A stretch of DNA of 64,000 nucleotides. It comes from Glaucostegus cemiculus. Its lineage: Eukaryota. The stretch covers positions 15,252,001-15,316,000 of the forward strand of contig CDPCPM010000026.1 in the NCBI GenBank assembly GCA_976551045.1, written 5' to 3'. The notes beneath the pieces are model-generated. The model was not told the DNA's origin. It was given only the letters and a program-made list of their open reading frames with translations, and did not search any database. A program made the position numbers and the translations under genes. Below are positions 1 through 13,524 of this stretch, piece by piece; positions within the stretch are counted from its first letter, which is position 1, and each line of letters opens with the position of its first letter.

Positions 1-423
1 TCACGTATTCAGCCTTTTCTTTTGTAATAATCAAAATTTCAGTTTGCTATTCATTAAGGTGCTCATGACTTAAATTGCATATGTTTCATCATTATATCTT
101 TCAAATGTCAGCAATAAAACTATACACAAACATACTTATTTCTTCAATGCACAAATATTTTTTCTTCAATAAAGTTTATTCAGAAAAAGAAAAGCTTGAA
201 TTGTTTTAAGGGGAAAAAAATTAGTCATACAATTTGACCTTTATTTCACCCCTTACCAAGTATAGTCTAAGATAGGAACATAAATAATTAGCAAAATCTT
301 TCCATTCATGCTCCTTAGACATGCTTCGTGAAAACAACTTTAAAATAGACTGAAAAGGAAAACTAAAACTGATGATGATCAATTCTAAAATACTACATAA
401 AATTAATTATTGTTTTGCATCAG

Positions 424-519
424 AAACATGGTTGTAGATTCCTAGAGTCAGTGCCATCTATCTCCAGCCGTGCAATACACAGGACGATTAGAAAGCCAAA
501 TCCACTCCCCCAAGTCTGA
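424..519 (+). CDS. Candidate terminal coding exon of an unidentified upstream gene
   Basis: Acceptor ttattgttttgcatcag| then open phase-0 frame KHGCRFLESVPSISSRAIHRTIRKPNPLPQV*; locally retained CpGs; followed by UTR-like sequence with AATAAA at 839 and 2040. No homologue recognised. Confidence 0.2.
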   Translation, partial: KHGCRFLESVPSISSRAIHRTIRKPNPLPQV

Positions 520-1357
520 GGACTATCGGATGCTTGAAGTAAAAATGATTAACTTCAAATTATTCAAATCATTGTACAACAGCTCCAACATGATGGAAAT
601 TTACGGCAACTTGTAGGAACTACAGAGAGGCAGATTTAGGGCTATTTATCAAAATCAAGACTGACTAGGACTGACAGAATCCAGATAGATTATACAGTAA
701 TATGGCAGCAGTGCTGTAAGGCTGCTCTGCAGATTTCCAATTTTATCTGCAATTTTTGACTGTTTCTAATTGTGTCCCTGCATTTGCATTTTTATAAAAT
801 TGACTTTAAAGGATTTATTTAATTCTTTAGGCTGTACCAATAAAAGAAGGAATGTATTTGAATGATGCCTCTAGAAATCCTTTTGTGTTTTCTGAAGCAC
901 CTTTGCATGGTTCAAAAAATGATACTGTTTTCCGTAAAATATTTGATCAACAATATAGATGAGCTTCTTTTCCATCATTAGATGCGCAATTGGATATTTT
1001 GTTAGTGTTGCTGCAAATATGAAATATTATTGCCAAATATTATTACATGAATTTTCTGCCATTTCAATGCACTAAAACAGACTGCATTCATTCGTTAAAA
1101 ACACATTTTGGAAATACAATGTGCACTTTACTTCAGATCTACAATCAAACAATTTGAGTTTATTTATTTGTAAAGCAGTATTTTGAAGACGATTATAATG
1201 TTGTCAATTGAAAGCTAAGCAGGTAAACCATCAATTAATGGATTAGCAAAAGGGATATCAGGAATTGTGGTACAGTCTTCAAATTATAAGCAATTGAGCT
1301 CCAAAACTAAACTGCACATCTCTTGAACCAGAAAATAGATGACAACCAATTATTTCC

Positions 1358-1786
1358 AGAGAGGGTACAGGAAAGATTTACTGGAATGTTTCCAGGGTTA
1401 GAATGGAGAAGTTGGGTTTATTCTCCCAGGAGCAAAAAAGAAGCGGAGATTAGACAGAGGTGTACAAGATTCTGATTAAGAAGCTGTTCCCATTGCTGGA
1501 TGGTTCAAGGTCCAGGGAACCAGTTTAAAGTGATGAGCAAAAGATAAAAGGGGAACGTGAGAAAAAACTGAAAGTGGTTATGATCTGGAATTCATTGCCT
1601 GTAAGGATGGTGGAAACAGAATCAACTAGAGCTTTCCAAAGGGAATTAGATAGGCACTGAAAGGAAAATAATCCCAAAGGAAAGAGTAGGGGAATGGGAC
1701 TGACTGGACTGATCTCCAAAGAGCTGGATTCAGAGGGCTGAATGGCCTCCTTCTGTGTCATGACAATTCTATGATTCTGTGACTCT
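1358..1786 (+). mobile_element. CR1 LINE 3' fragment
   Basis: Degenerate ORF2 C-terminus (ERVQERFTGMFPG...), 3'UTR gggctgaatggcctccttctgtg and attctatg-type tail. Confidence 0.85.
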
Positions 1787-2169
1787 TTTGTCACGTTGCC
1801 CAGTTACCATATCTGATACTAAACTTAAAATTCATTGTCATGTAAGTTTTTGAAAATTCTATCTTATAAATGATTGTATTTTTCTCCAAAAAATGTAAAT
1901 GTTACTGTCTGGCAGGAAACCTTTTGACAATACACACAAGCTGTTGGAAATACATTAAATGAGTCTGAAATGCTCTAGATTGTCAAAATGATGTTCTGTA
2001 TAGTTAGCCTGATAATGTTTGTGATACTGTCACTAATTCAATAAATTCAACTCCACATAGAAATATAGGTTTTGTTTATAATTATTAGTGTAAAAGTCCA
2101 CTTTGCTTTTGCACCCAGCACTCTGTTTCCTGCGCTATTTAATGCTGCTTTCCACCACCCCTTAAATCT

Positions 2170-2301
2170 NNNNNNNNNNNNNNNNNNNNNNNNNNNNNNN
2201 NNNNNNNNNNNNNNNNNNNNNNNNNNNNNNNNNNNNNNNNNNNNNNNNNNNNNNNNNNNNNNNNNNNNNNNNNNNNNNNNNNNNNNNNNNNNNNNNNNNN
2301 N
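2170..2301. other. Assembly gap (132 N)
   Basis: Run of N. Confidence 0.99.
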
Positions 2302-2485
2302 GACAAAAGAATGACGCAAACACAAGGCTGAGGTGCTGCCTCAGTAGAATTCACCAGAAAAAACGAAAAGATAAATGTATATAAAAGAATAAAGGATGCA
2401 TATACTTTTACCTGCTTGTATTATGCTGTTTGATAATTATTAAAATAGCAAGAAACTACACAAATAAAGAAAATTGTCTTCAGTA

Positions 2486-2552
2486 CTCCCAGAATTACCT
2501 ACATAAATCTCAGAATTACCTACATAACTCCCAGAATTACATACATAAATCT
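2486..2552. repeat. Minisatellite, 21-bp unit x ~3.2
   Basis: ctcccagaattacctacataa / atctcagaattacctacataa / ctcccagaattacatacataa / atct. Confidence 0.9.
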
Positions 2553-2864
2553 GGCCTCAACAGTAGATTAGACATCATCCAAAAACTTCAATCACCACCT
2601 CAGGATTCAATGTTGTCTACTGCTTTCCTTTATATTTACCCACCTTTCATATGAATGTTGTTATATTATAAATAATTTGATTCAGAGAAGTAGTATTTTG
2701 TCTTTGGTCACTGGTACTAAATGGATGCTGGAATATTGGTGCACTCTATTACTATCTTTCAGATTAATTGTCTTCAATGGAATCAAATATTGGTATGGAA
2801 ATACATAGATAGTCTATACTCCAGCAATAGTTCCACACTAGTGATCAAGACAAACTTTTACCCC

Positions 2865-3720
2865 ATAGAATCATAGAATTTGACACTTCAAAATAAACTA
2901 ATTTTCTCATTATTGTTGTGAACCCCTTTGAAAGAGAGTTTAATTTAGTTCCATGCCCAAGGATTATTGCAGCCATTTGGAAAATGACTGAAATTCCCCA
3001 TTTAATTAATTACATGGTTTTACAGGAGATTTACAACACATCAACAGTATAGAGAGCAGGAAAAGGCTCAATGGACCAAATGGCTTCCTTATGAGCTGTA
3101 ACGACTCTAAGATTCTACCCCAGTGCCTTCCCCATAACTCAGCAAGTTACATGTCCAATTATATTTTTGGAAGTTCCTTTGGAATTTGATTTCACTACCT
3201 ATTCTAAAAGTACATTCCACACCTTCACAACTCTTTGTGTGAACAATAATTCTGATTTCCCCTCTATTTCTTTTGACAATTATTTTAAATGTGTAACCTT
3301 GGATTCCAGGCCTGTTGACTTGAAGAGAACATTTTCTCCCTTATTTCTTTAAAAACATCCCCCTCCCCCCAAAAAGAAAATTAAATCCCTCTATTGGGTC
3401 TTCCTTTAATCTTCTTATATTGTTCTTCTTAAACGATTAATCTGTTTACCCAATTTCTCAATTTGAACAAACTCTGTACTCTTGGTATTAAATTCTCTAC
3501 TGTCTCCAAAACCCTCCTTAAAAATGGTGACTGGTATTACATACATTATGCAAGCTAATGGATAACCTTTTACTCTTAAAGGTTTACCAAGCTTTTTGAT
3601 TTTGTAGCCAATACCCCCATTAACAAAAACAAGTATTCCATGAGCTTTCTCAGATGTCCTGCCATATGTTCTATATTCAAAAACTGGTGAATCTGCAGCA
3701 GAGGTCCCTCTACCATTGTA
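2865..3720 (-). mobile_element. Old CR1 3' fragment interrupted by a + strand CR1-type tail (~3050-3118)
   Basis: catagaatcatagaa tail on the minus strand; cattccacaccttcacaactctttgtgtgaac and other degenerate CR1 motifs. Confidence 0.6.
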
Positions 3721-4099
3721 ATCCTATAGTCATAGTCTGACAAATACTCAATCCCTCAGCCTAGCCTCTGCCTTCACAAGGTGTCCTTTTTTACTGACCA
3801 CAAAATTCCTTTAACTTATAAAAAAATGTTTTGTTTTCTCTTTCCTATTAACCTTCCAATGGCTTTTTCAATTTCCTCCTGCATTCATTGTATTTTATGT
3901 GGATTTTGACTGCATTATGTACTTGACATCTGGATTTGAAAGAACTGAGTCTCACAATAAACCAGTTCAATGTATTACTGAATCATTACTGAGCTTGAAA
4001 TTGGTCAAAACCACAGGAAAGGTTTCGCTTGGTCAATTGATCCTGCTTGCTGATGGACAAATGACTTCATCCCTTGTCCTGAGGGCAGTGCTATTTGAG

Positions 4100-5075
4100 G
4101 CCTGGATATCACGCAGTACCCTTCTCTGAAGGTTTTGGCAGGGCTGCAGCCACCCTCCCAATACTGCCTGAGGCTGGCAGTGTAGAGTCTCCCACAGTAT
4201 TGTAGACAGGTTGTTGGCTCCCAGTGCATCCTTTCCTGATTGTTGGACACAGATTCATTTTCAGCCTGAGAAGTGACTCACATCTCCATCATAACCAGAT
4301 GTTCAACATCTTTGATTCTGTCAATTAAGAGGAATTGTGGAGAATCCTCAAATTTAACTGCCCTCAGAAATTTATCTCTGTTCCACATCTGCTGCTTGCA
4401 ATTCACATTTCTAGCCGACAGTTCCACCACAGACCCAATACCAGTGAAGACTGGAGTCAAACAATCTCAATCTTCCACATCACAATATCACACTTCACTT
4501 CTACCCTGCTTCCTGCTTAGTGCAGCTAATCTACAAGATGGATGAGAAACTGTTCAACCTCTGTTACCTTCACTCCAGAAGTAAAGTTACTTCAACTTCC
4601 ATCATCAAACTGCAGAAGGCATACAACACTTGCATTTATTCACTCCCTTAGGCCAAGTTCCAAGGCATCATCAACATGAAAGAATGGGCTAAACATCTGG
4701 GGATAAAAGGTCCTTTACCAATAGCACTTCCTGGTAACACAGGTCGATAATGTGACCCTGGAAAAAAAATGACCAGATTTCATATCACAGGCACCAACTT
4801 CCACAAATAACATTCACCATCTTCCCAGAATAGCCTTTGCCCATCAGTGAAGAAGAGTGCTCAGAAACCAAGATCTTATGTCCAGCATAAAGCTCACAGC
4901 CTATGCTGGACATAAGCTGTATGCATTTGTGACATGGACTGCTTACAGCAGGCATCTCAAAACAATGGAGAGTTGCTGACTCTGCAAAATCCTCCAATTC
5001 CATCAATGCCGCATTCCCTCCAGGCCAACATCCCCAGTATTGAGGTGTTAATTGCACTCAGCCTCAATTTGCGCA
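4100..5075 (+). mobile_element. RTE-clade LINE reverse transcriptase fragment (degenerate)
   Basis: Reads ...NCPQKFI...STTDPIPVKTGVKQ, matching the RTE RT motif (GVKQGC); many stops and frameshifts. Confidence 0.75.
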
Positions 5076-5199
5076 AAATTTAGTACAAATTTGACAGCTT
5101 CATTCAAGAACTAAACTGAAAATAACAAAAGTAACATATGGATAGAGAAGAAGTATGAAGTGGATATTTTGTTCTTGTCTTTAGAATGGAAAAGGAAAA

Positions 5200-5560
5200 C
5201 AGATGGAAACACAGAAAACGAAAACATAAGAAATGTGCCTTTTTATTCAGAGCAGGCTCACACAAACAGCAAGCTAAAGTTACGTGGGTGGTTTTGGTGT
5301 GTTGGTTGATGCATATGTGTTGATCAGGATTCCATGCTGCTCTTCTTTAAAATAGTTTTGGGGAAACTCTTGGGTCCACCTGAGAACACAAGGTCTCTGT
5401 TTAATATCTAATCTGAATTATGTCACCTATTATACTACTGCATTCCTTTTGTTTCATGTTGGGGCACTAGCTTGAATATCATGCTTAAATCTTTGAAGTG
5501 GCACTTGAACTCCTATCCCACTAACGCATAAATGAGTGTGCTCCTAACTAATGTACAGTT
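5200..5560 (-). mobile_element. Deu-domain-type SINE, old
   Basis: gtccacctgagaac...tctgtttaatatctaatctgaa and tRNA-like head end gaagtggcacttgaactc on the reverse strand. Confidence 0.6.
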
Positions 5561-5719
5561 AACATTAATAGACAGAATCCCTAACACTGCAGAAGACATT
5601 GAATGGAATGCAACACAAAACTACCAAAACAGAGTGAACAGATTCAGAAGAGTTTGGATATTTTAGGTAATTGAACTATTGGAAGTATAATTTAATGTCC
5701 TCAAATTAAAATAATTATC

Positions 5720-5960
5720 AAAGAAACAAGAATTCAAAAAGAATGAAATTTTATTTGGGAAGTACTAGTTTAATTGTTAAATTGCAGCCAAGTGCTAGGC
5801 TTCAGTGAGAAAAGTAAGTCAAATAAGGCACTCTGCTACATTAGGAAAAGACTGGAGCATAAATCAAGGGAATGTGTATTGCTTTATAAGATATTGATAC
5901 CACCCCCACCTCCAAACCACCATTTAGAGTATTATGTTCAGCTCTGATCAGCTAATAAAG
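5720..5960 (+). mobile_element. Old CR1 RT/C-terminal fragment
   Basis: gagcataaatcaaggg...catttagagtattatgttcagctctg (HLEYYVQL, cf. PHLEYCVQFW). Confidence 0.55.
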
Positions 5961-5974
5961 TGAAGAAAGAGATG

Positions 5975-6500
5975 TTATCTGCTTGATAGCACTGTTGGCG
6001 ATTCTCTCCATCACTTGCTGATAATTGGAAGTTGATTGATGGAGTGAAAATTGGACAGGTTGGATTTCTCCTGCTTTTTGTGGACTGGACTTACTTGGTC
6101 AAATTTCCATCTTGTTGGTCAGATGCTGCTGTGGTAACTGTGTTATGTCTTGGTCATGGGTGCATTTAGTTCCAAAATACAGTTCTTCAGCACTACAGCT
6201 GGGACTTTACTGGAGTTTATATTATTCGCTGCAGCCTATGCACTTAGTTGTTTCTAAATGTCACATGGAAATAATTTCATGGGCTACCACAAAACTCACA
6301 TATTTGGTGGCAATCTCAGGAGTGAACCTAGAAGGATCATCTACTTAGCACATATGGCTGAAGGTTCAAGTGCTTTACTTAGACTGTTTCACTCATGTTG
6401 GGCTCTACTATTTGGGGGATGGTAATATTCCTGGAGCCTCATCCTCCATTTGTTTCAATAATTGTCCAACACTATTTATTACTGGAAATGATATTATCAT
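5975..6500 (-). mobile_element. CR1-group LINE ORF2 fragment (second family)
   Basis: Reverse strand gives VHKKQEKSNLSNFH...PIISK, cf. K..DKSNPANYRPISLL at the RT N-terminus. Confidence 0.7.
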
Positions 6501-9500
6501 CCAATTTATTAATAATGGTATCTAAATCCTGTCTAATTTTATTTTTGTTAATTTTCAATCTGCAAAATTAGGCATTCTTTTCATTTTTTATATACACATC
6601 TTTTGATGTTACATTGGCGCATTTGATCATGCAGGTGCTTTAAATTATTTGTTATCGGCCATCACATGTTGATTGAAATTGTTAGCTCCTTCTCAAAATC
6701 ACCCCATCAAATAAGATTCCAAATTCTATTCACAAAGCATTCAGCACAAGCAGGGTTCTTTGGGCAATGCCTTTCCTTTGAATGAGAATTTGAATTACAC
6801 CACCTTATATTAAAGAGCTCTTGATTTCATTTAAGTGATGACACCCATACAGGTGGTAAGGCCCATACATCTGAGTTATAATCCTACAATTTAAAGTATC
6901 TTAGATAATTCAGGATGAATATTCACAAACTAAGTTGTTTTCAGCAGGTTACCAATGGCATTTTAATTCATTTATATAATTTGGCATTCTTGTCCATTAG
7001 AACCATAAACTTTGAAAATTGTGCCTCGTCATTTTCAACTGTGGATGTGATGCATCCAAGTGCTTGACTAGTTCATGTTTTTATCCATGACACCAAGGGA
7101 CTTTAGCTTTTGGTGGATAATTTTAACACCAGGAATACTAAGTACACTTCTCCAGACTTTTCTGTTCAAGTAAGGTAAGGCTGTTGGTTAGCATTACTAA
7201 TCCATGTGTGCTACACCAGGTGGAAATGGGTAGGGGATCAGATACAACTCTCCTGCAGTCGCAGGCAGAGTTCTGAGCATGCCTCTGCAAAAAATCTCAA
7301 GTGAACTGATTCAAACTGGGATCCTGATCACCACACCCACAGGTTATTTCAGCAGGTTGCCCGTCAAGAATTATTGACCAGAAGTATCATAAGGAATCAT
7401 GCAAAAAACTAGAAATAGTTCCACTTTCATTGGATGAGAAATGAATAAAAAGGAGAGAGAAAATTGACAAAGGAGAAAAGCCTCTCCACCTGGGGGCACC
7501 CTCTAATCAATACCAATCAATGGCTAGGAGGACTCACTCAGCTAGCCCCTTCTGCTCATTATAGCATGGACTCGTACCTTGAAAGTTCTCTGTGCAGTAG
7601 CTGAGCATTGCTTGCATTGTGGTGTGACCCTTTAACCCTATTTCCTGGGGTCAGAGTTGTGAGGAAGTGAAGAAAAGTGCTACTAACCCAGGAAATTTGA
7701 CTCAGAATGTTCACTGTTCCTAAAACAAAAGGCACTGTTTTGCAAATTGTATTAACAAGTTTTGTGATTTGCTTTGGAGATTTTATAAATATAAATAAGC
7801 TTGCTTTTTTTGTTACTTTTCCTTTTGGCTCCTGTTTCTCTCTTCATCCCCATTTTCTTTCCCTTTTATTTGTATTTCTTTCTCTACCTGATTTGAAAAT
7901 GAATTCATCCATTTAGAAACTGAACCATGTATCGATATGTTTTAGTGCCCAAATATATGTAGCGATGTCCACCAGTGTTCAACACACACCTGGGCACCTT
8001 TTCTGTGATTTCTGTCCATAGATTCTTAGTTCACGGATACTGGAGACTCCTATGCAAAAATAAGATTCCACAGTTTATGTGGGTCTCGTGGCAGACTGAG
8101 GGCCTCCCCAGTCCATTGGCCTCTAACCACTAATCTGCTTGGCTGACACTCACACTACATACCCCCAAGCATCACGATCAACATGTCAATTGTTAAGCCA
8201 ATATCCTTTGACCTCCTCCCTCTCCAACACACTGGATTCATCCACAAGCCAGTTACTGACTCCTCAGCAACAATACACGTAAGGATCCCTAGTATCGTAA
8301 TCCCATATCACTCCCATTTGCTGACCACCCCCTCCCCAAATTATTCCTGGCTGTCATTTCCACCTCCTAATCCTTCCCAAGTTTACAGGCCTCTCTTCCA
8401 GAGCCTCCTTCCACTTTTACTTCTTCATGACTAAGGCTTTCCTTTATCTGCCACATGGAGCAGTTGAGGGAAAGCCATATGATTTAGTAAGCCTGTTCAG
8501 CAGCATAATGCACCTTGAGCCTTGCATATTACTGAGCAGCAGCCCCACAAACAGCTTGTTGGTCTGCCATGCACAACTCCATTAATGTGCCTTTCCTGGT
8601 TTAATTCAATTTCTCGGCCACTCATATTTATTAACACTTCATTCTCACTCCTTGCACTGTTATTGTTCTAATCCTTCAATATGTTTCGCTAAGCAGATAC
8701 AATTGCTTTTTTGTTCACTCAGTCGGTTTCCCTTGCTATGAAGTTATCAGTTGTGCATTTTTAACAACTTGCCACAAAACAATTTAAATATTTAAATGTT
8801 CAAGAGCAAGTTTAACTACCAGCTGAAATTTGAACATTGTTTTTATTCAGCTTCAATAAAGGCTTTATGCATTAATTATATCTTCATGTATTTACCTCAC
8901 TATTAACATAAATTTAAATGATTCTGTGGATAATTTTCTTCTACAAAAAAGATGCAATTGTTGCAGCTGACAAAAATCGAGGAATATATTTGTTGTAATG
9001 GCAACATAAAAACTAAACATGGTTCACCTTTTGTTAGCCATTAGGAGAAAAGCTATTCAACACTGCTGACTATTTGTGTAGTAAATTGAACAAGATGTTT
9101 TTGAATTTTGCTTATATTGTCATTTTTAGCAAATAATGAACTATAAAAATAATAAAGCACAGTTCATGCAAGGAATATGATTCTAACTTTCAACAAGATA
9201 ATTTCTTATTTTTCAATTTAGTATAAAACTGAAATCTGATATTATGTATACTTACATTCTAGAGTATTTGATTGCTATTTTGAATAGGATATGTACTGGA
9301 AACTAAAATGAAATTACTACTCTCGAGCTTCAAATTCACCTATGCCAGTTCTTGGTTTAAAATCATTGTATAACCATATTTCAAAAAAATGACATAACCT
9401 AATCATAAAGGAATATCTCATAAACTCTCAACAGAAATACAAGATTTTATGATATCTAGTTTTTATGTTTTCTCTTCCACACAGCAAGTGAGATATTTAA

Positions 9501-9849
9501 GGATTATTGTGGTACTCAACAAGAAAAACAAACTCAATCCAAAATCATTAACTCTGCTGTATTTTTCTTATTGTTTCCTTGATAATTCTGAGACTTAATG
9601 ATCAATAGATAACTGAAGTAGTAATATGAAGGTGTTCATAAATTATAAGGTATCCTCTACTTGATAAAGCTATATATCCAAATACCAAAAGAAACATAAA
9701 ATGAATTCATTTGTGATCAATATAACAGAGAAAAGCAAATACTAAAGAGGCATAGTAGAATAAAGAAGAGCTATTTATAAAGACAATGCAAATGAGAAAT
9801 GCTAAGAATTTATACTTATGCTTCCAGTGTATAACAGCAAAATATTTAA

Positions 9850-9975
9850 GAAGCAGAAGCAAGAGTAAGCCTTTTAGCCCTTTTGCCTTCTCTGTCATTC
9901 AGTAAGATAATGGCTGATCCTCTACCTCTATGCCACTTTTCTGCACAAATCCCATATCCATTAATTCCCAAAATA
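9850..9975 (-). mobile_element. CR1 3'UTR fragment
   Basis: gcaagagtaagcc...cattcagtaagataatggctgatc, the same tail as at 29522 and 50246. Confidence 0.75.
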
Positions 9976-10221
9976 TCATTCTATTGATTAAATGTGTTTT
10001 CTTGTGAATTTCATGAAATAATAGGATTTACATTACATACATACCTACAAGGTAGTATGAACTTGCATATGCTGTGCAATAAACAGGTTGCAAGTGATAT
10101 TAGCCCAAAAACTGTTTTGGGAGGCCAATGGATTGCATTTGCATTTGGTTAAATTTCCACTTACCCTGTTACCCAGCTATTTTGTTCTGCGAGCTGTTGG
10201 AAATTCATGAACAATAGGGAA

Positions 10222-10238
10222 TAGCACCCTCTACAGGA
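10222..10238 (-). promoter_or_regulatory. Putative CTCF site
   Basis: Reverse complement TCCTGTAGAGGGTGCTA resembles the CTCF core CCASYAGRKGGCRSYA. Motif only. Confidence 0.4.
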
Positions 10239-13200
10239 CATGTCCATTCCAAGTGAACAGACCAAGCAGCCTTGTATCTCCTCAACCAATCACACTGAAA
10301 GTTGTGAAATGAACAGCACAAGGCATGGAGAAGGAAATATAGCAGAGAAATTATTCCATGTTTAGAATGGGACTGAATTTCAAAAGTGAAGTAGAATGCT
10401 CAGTCAGTGCTGTAGTAACATTTTCTAGTTGTGTAAAGTAGAATGTTGTTTAGCTGCCAGTAATTCACTGTTAAAATATCTTTGAAAGGGCACTTTGACT
10501 TGAAATGATTTAGCTTTCTGTGGTGGGAATACTTCATATTTACTGTATAAGTGCAGGAACTTCCTCCTGTTCAATGCATTCAAATATTAAGCCAAGGGCG
10601 TAGAGCCACTTTCACAAAGCTAATATGGAGCAGTGTATCTCTGACAAAGGCTTTCTGATTTCCCCACTTAATCATGTACCTGCCCTTTTCTGAAGTCATT
10701 GTCACAATTGCACATAAATAATAGTATGCACTCTTAGCCCTGACATCATCTTGATGGCAATCTTGGAACTAATTCACAACTAATCAAACAAATTTTCATA
10801 AGCATTCCTCTCTTTTAAAATGTAAACATTCCCAAAGTTTATATTATTAGACTGTTATTATTAGCAATGGAGTGTGCAGGAAACAGACAGCAAGACTTTT
10901 GAACTAGTTGGAAAAAAGCCAGGCAATGCTTCAATCATAGTCATTCTTCTGTATCACAACATGAACACAGTTCATTGTGACAAATTCTCAACCCAACAAA
11001 ACACCTCAGGGCAAGCTAATTGTACTAATTTTTCTTGACAATTCATGTAAGATATGTGCAGAAACAATGCTATCTGTATTGTGTAGAAACACTGCTGTCA
11101 TTATTCAAGATGATGACATTAGAACAATGTATTTTTATGTAACTGTAATCAATCTTTACCCTTGAGCCTTGTCATAAAATACTACAGAAAATGTTGCGTG
11201 ACCTGAAAATGAAGCAAGTTAGGCCATGTAGAAGAATTAACAAATCTGTGGCAAAAGCTACTAGATTGGATTCTTTTACTAGGAAGTCGTAGCATTCAAA
11301 TACACCTCCCAACCTTTAGTTTGTATAAAACTAATCATCTTGTTTAAAAATATTATTTGACATATTCTTGCTATAATGGTAACAACTGATGAACTAGATC
11401 AACATGAAAATTTAACACAGAATACATCCATTTGTGTTTATCAGATTAATGGGAGCACTTATTCAAAGAAAATATTTGTCCAGACACCAATTCCTGCCAA
11501 ACATGTCACAATAGTGGGACACAGTGATAATGCAGTTAAGAGACCATTTTGTCTACCATGGGGTATTCGTCCATAGAAAAGCTTCTATTATTTGTTGATG
11601 CAATTAAGTAATACTCCTTTCAGATAACTTGTAAGATTATTACACAAATTATTTGATTTGTTAAGTTCTACATCTATTTTTAGTAATTAAAAAAAACTAA
11701 ACTTATGACCATGTATATTGCCTTTAGTCACTTTGTGTCTATGAACTGAAAAAACTGATAAACATCTCAATTTTAAAATCCACAAAGATTTAGTGGTACA
11801 GGGTTACATATATAGAGAATTAATTCAATCGTGTGAATGTATCAAGGTACAGAGAAAATCAAACTTTGGCTAGCTCTAGTCTTCTTCATTAATTTGTCAA
11901 GTACAAAACATATTGTTCAGCCACAGATATTTTAAAAGGTTTGACGTATATATATGTTCTACTGAAACTCAATGTTCATGCTTAAGCAAAAAATGCCATA
12001 ACCTAATTACTTGAAATTGAGGAATTCTACTCACAATGGAAATTCAGTTTGACGCTTTACACAAAGACTTTAAAAAAACTGTTTAATTTCCCTAATTCAA
12101 TCATTTTATAAATAAGCTGCATAGCTTGCTAGTAAGAAAACAAAATGAGAAGTCTGTTGTCTTCTAAACTGCAAAAATTACCATTCCATAACCAACACTG
12201 CACTGTTGAAGATTAGTAAAAGGTGAAACATTCCACAGGAATTTAATCCCTTTTGTGTCACAGGAGTAAATAACAATGAAAGATTCAATACAACCAACTT
12301 GGAGCATATTCATGGTTTTGGCTATTTGGATTTTTTCCCCCATAGATTTTGGCCACAAATAACCACCTCAGCCTAAATTAAGGAGAGCCATATACTCAAG
12401 TGCGATGAAGATAGTGTTATATGAGCATTGCAATTAAAATTATTAAAGTCTGCCTACAATCATATCATGCTTCATATTATTTTCAAAATTAATTTATTTG
12501 AAAAAAGATATGTGATAGGAACAGCAGGTCATTTTGGGATCTGCAGCTAGATATTTTTATGTATTTTAATAAATGCTTTTGGAGCTTCTTAATTTTATTA
12601 ATTATACTTATTCTAGTCTTGTCTGAGGAAAAGCCTCAATGACTTCAGCTAGTATTGTTGATTTCAGTGACATTTAGAAAAACTGACCTAGAAAACACAA
12701 TTTAAAATGGAAATGAATTGTAGGTTTGATAGTTAAACATAATATAAAAAATAATGACTTTGTAGAAGTGTTTTCCAAGCTGTAATCTCATTTTAGGATT
12801 CAGATGTTGATTGTAAACCACTCAAGCTTGCTCTCACAGTTAATGACATCATCTGATTCCTCAGAGATTACTATCTCGTAATAATCACTAACAGGTACCC
12901 ATTATTCTCTTAAGTATTTATTAAGGCTGCGTGAAAAAATTAATCTAGACAGAGGCAAAAGAATTATTTTATTAATGGATAAAAAAAATCAATACCTCAC
13001 ATTCTTGCACTTTTATAACACTATCTCCAAATTACAAAAGAACTTAAACCATTCATAAACCAATCAAGATTGTTTATTTTGGCTAATGCAACTGAAAGAT
13101 TAATCAAGGTTTATAATGGTTTAAATACAGTTTATTCAACCAATTCTTTAAACTCAGTATAAATGAAAATTTGCTAAAACCCAAGTTAACTGCAGCTTTG

Positions 13201-13524
13201 TGATGCTATAGAATTGGATCTGTAAGCTCAAATCAGAAACTCAACCCGAATTCACAGAGGAACTTGGCAGGAAAACATACAAGTCATTTCCTTACTGCCC
13301 CATTCAGATGCAAAATAAAGTCAAAGCAAATTAGATTATTAATATGCTACCAGCCCACTTCTCACATTAAATATGAAAGAAGTGTCTGGGAATCAGCTGC
13401 TAGCATGCAGAATATAGAAAAAAATAATGGCACTCAAACGTGTGAATGTGTGGAGGAATCGGGAGCAGAGTTTTTTTATGGAATTTATACAAATGAAGCC
13501 TGGAAAGGTATTGAAAGAAATATT

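Noticed and set aside
2047-2354. Three ORFs spanning the N run
   Set aside because: Open only because N codons hide stops.
2430-2654. ORF with SQNYLH repeats; possible CRISPR-like array
   Set aside because: Simple 21-bp tandem repeat without spacers in vertebrate DNA.
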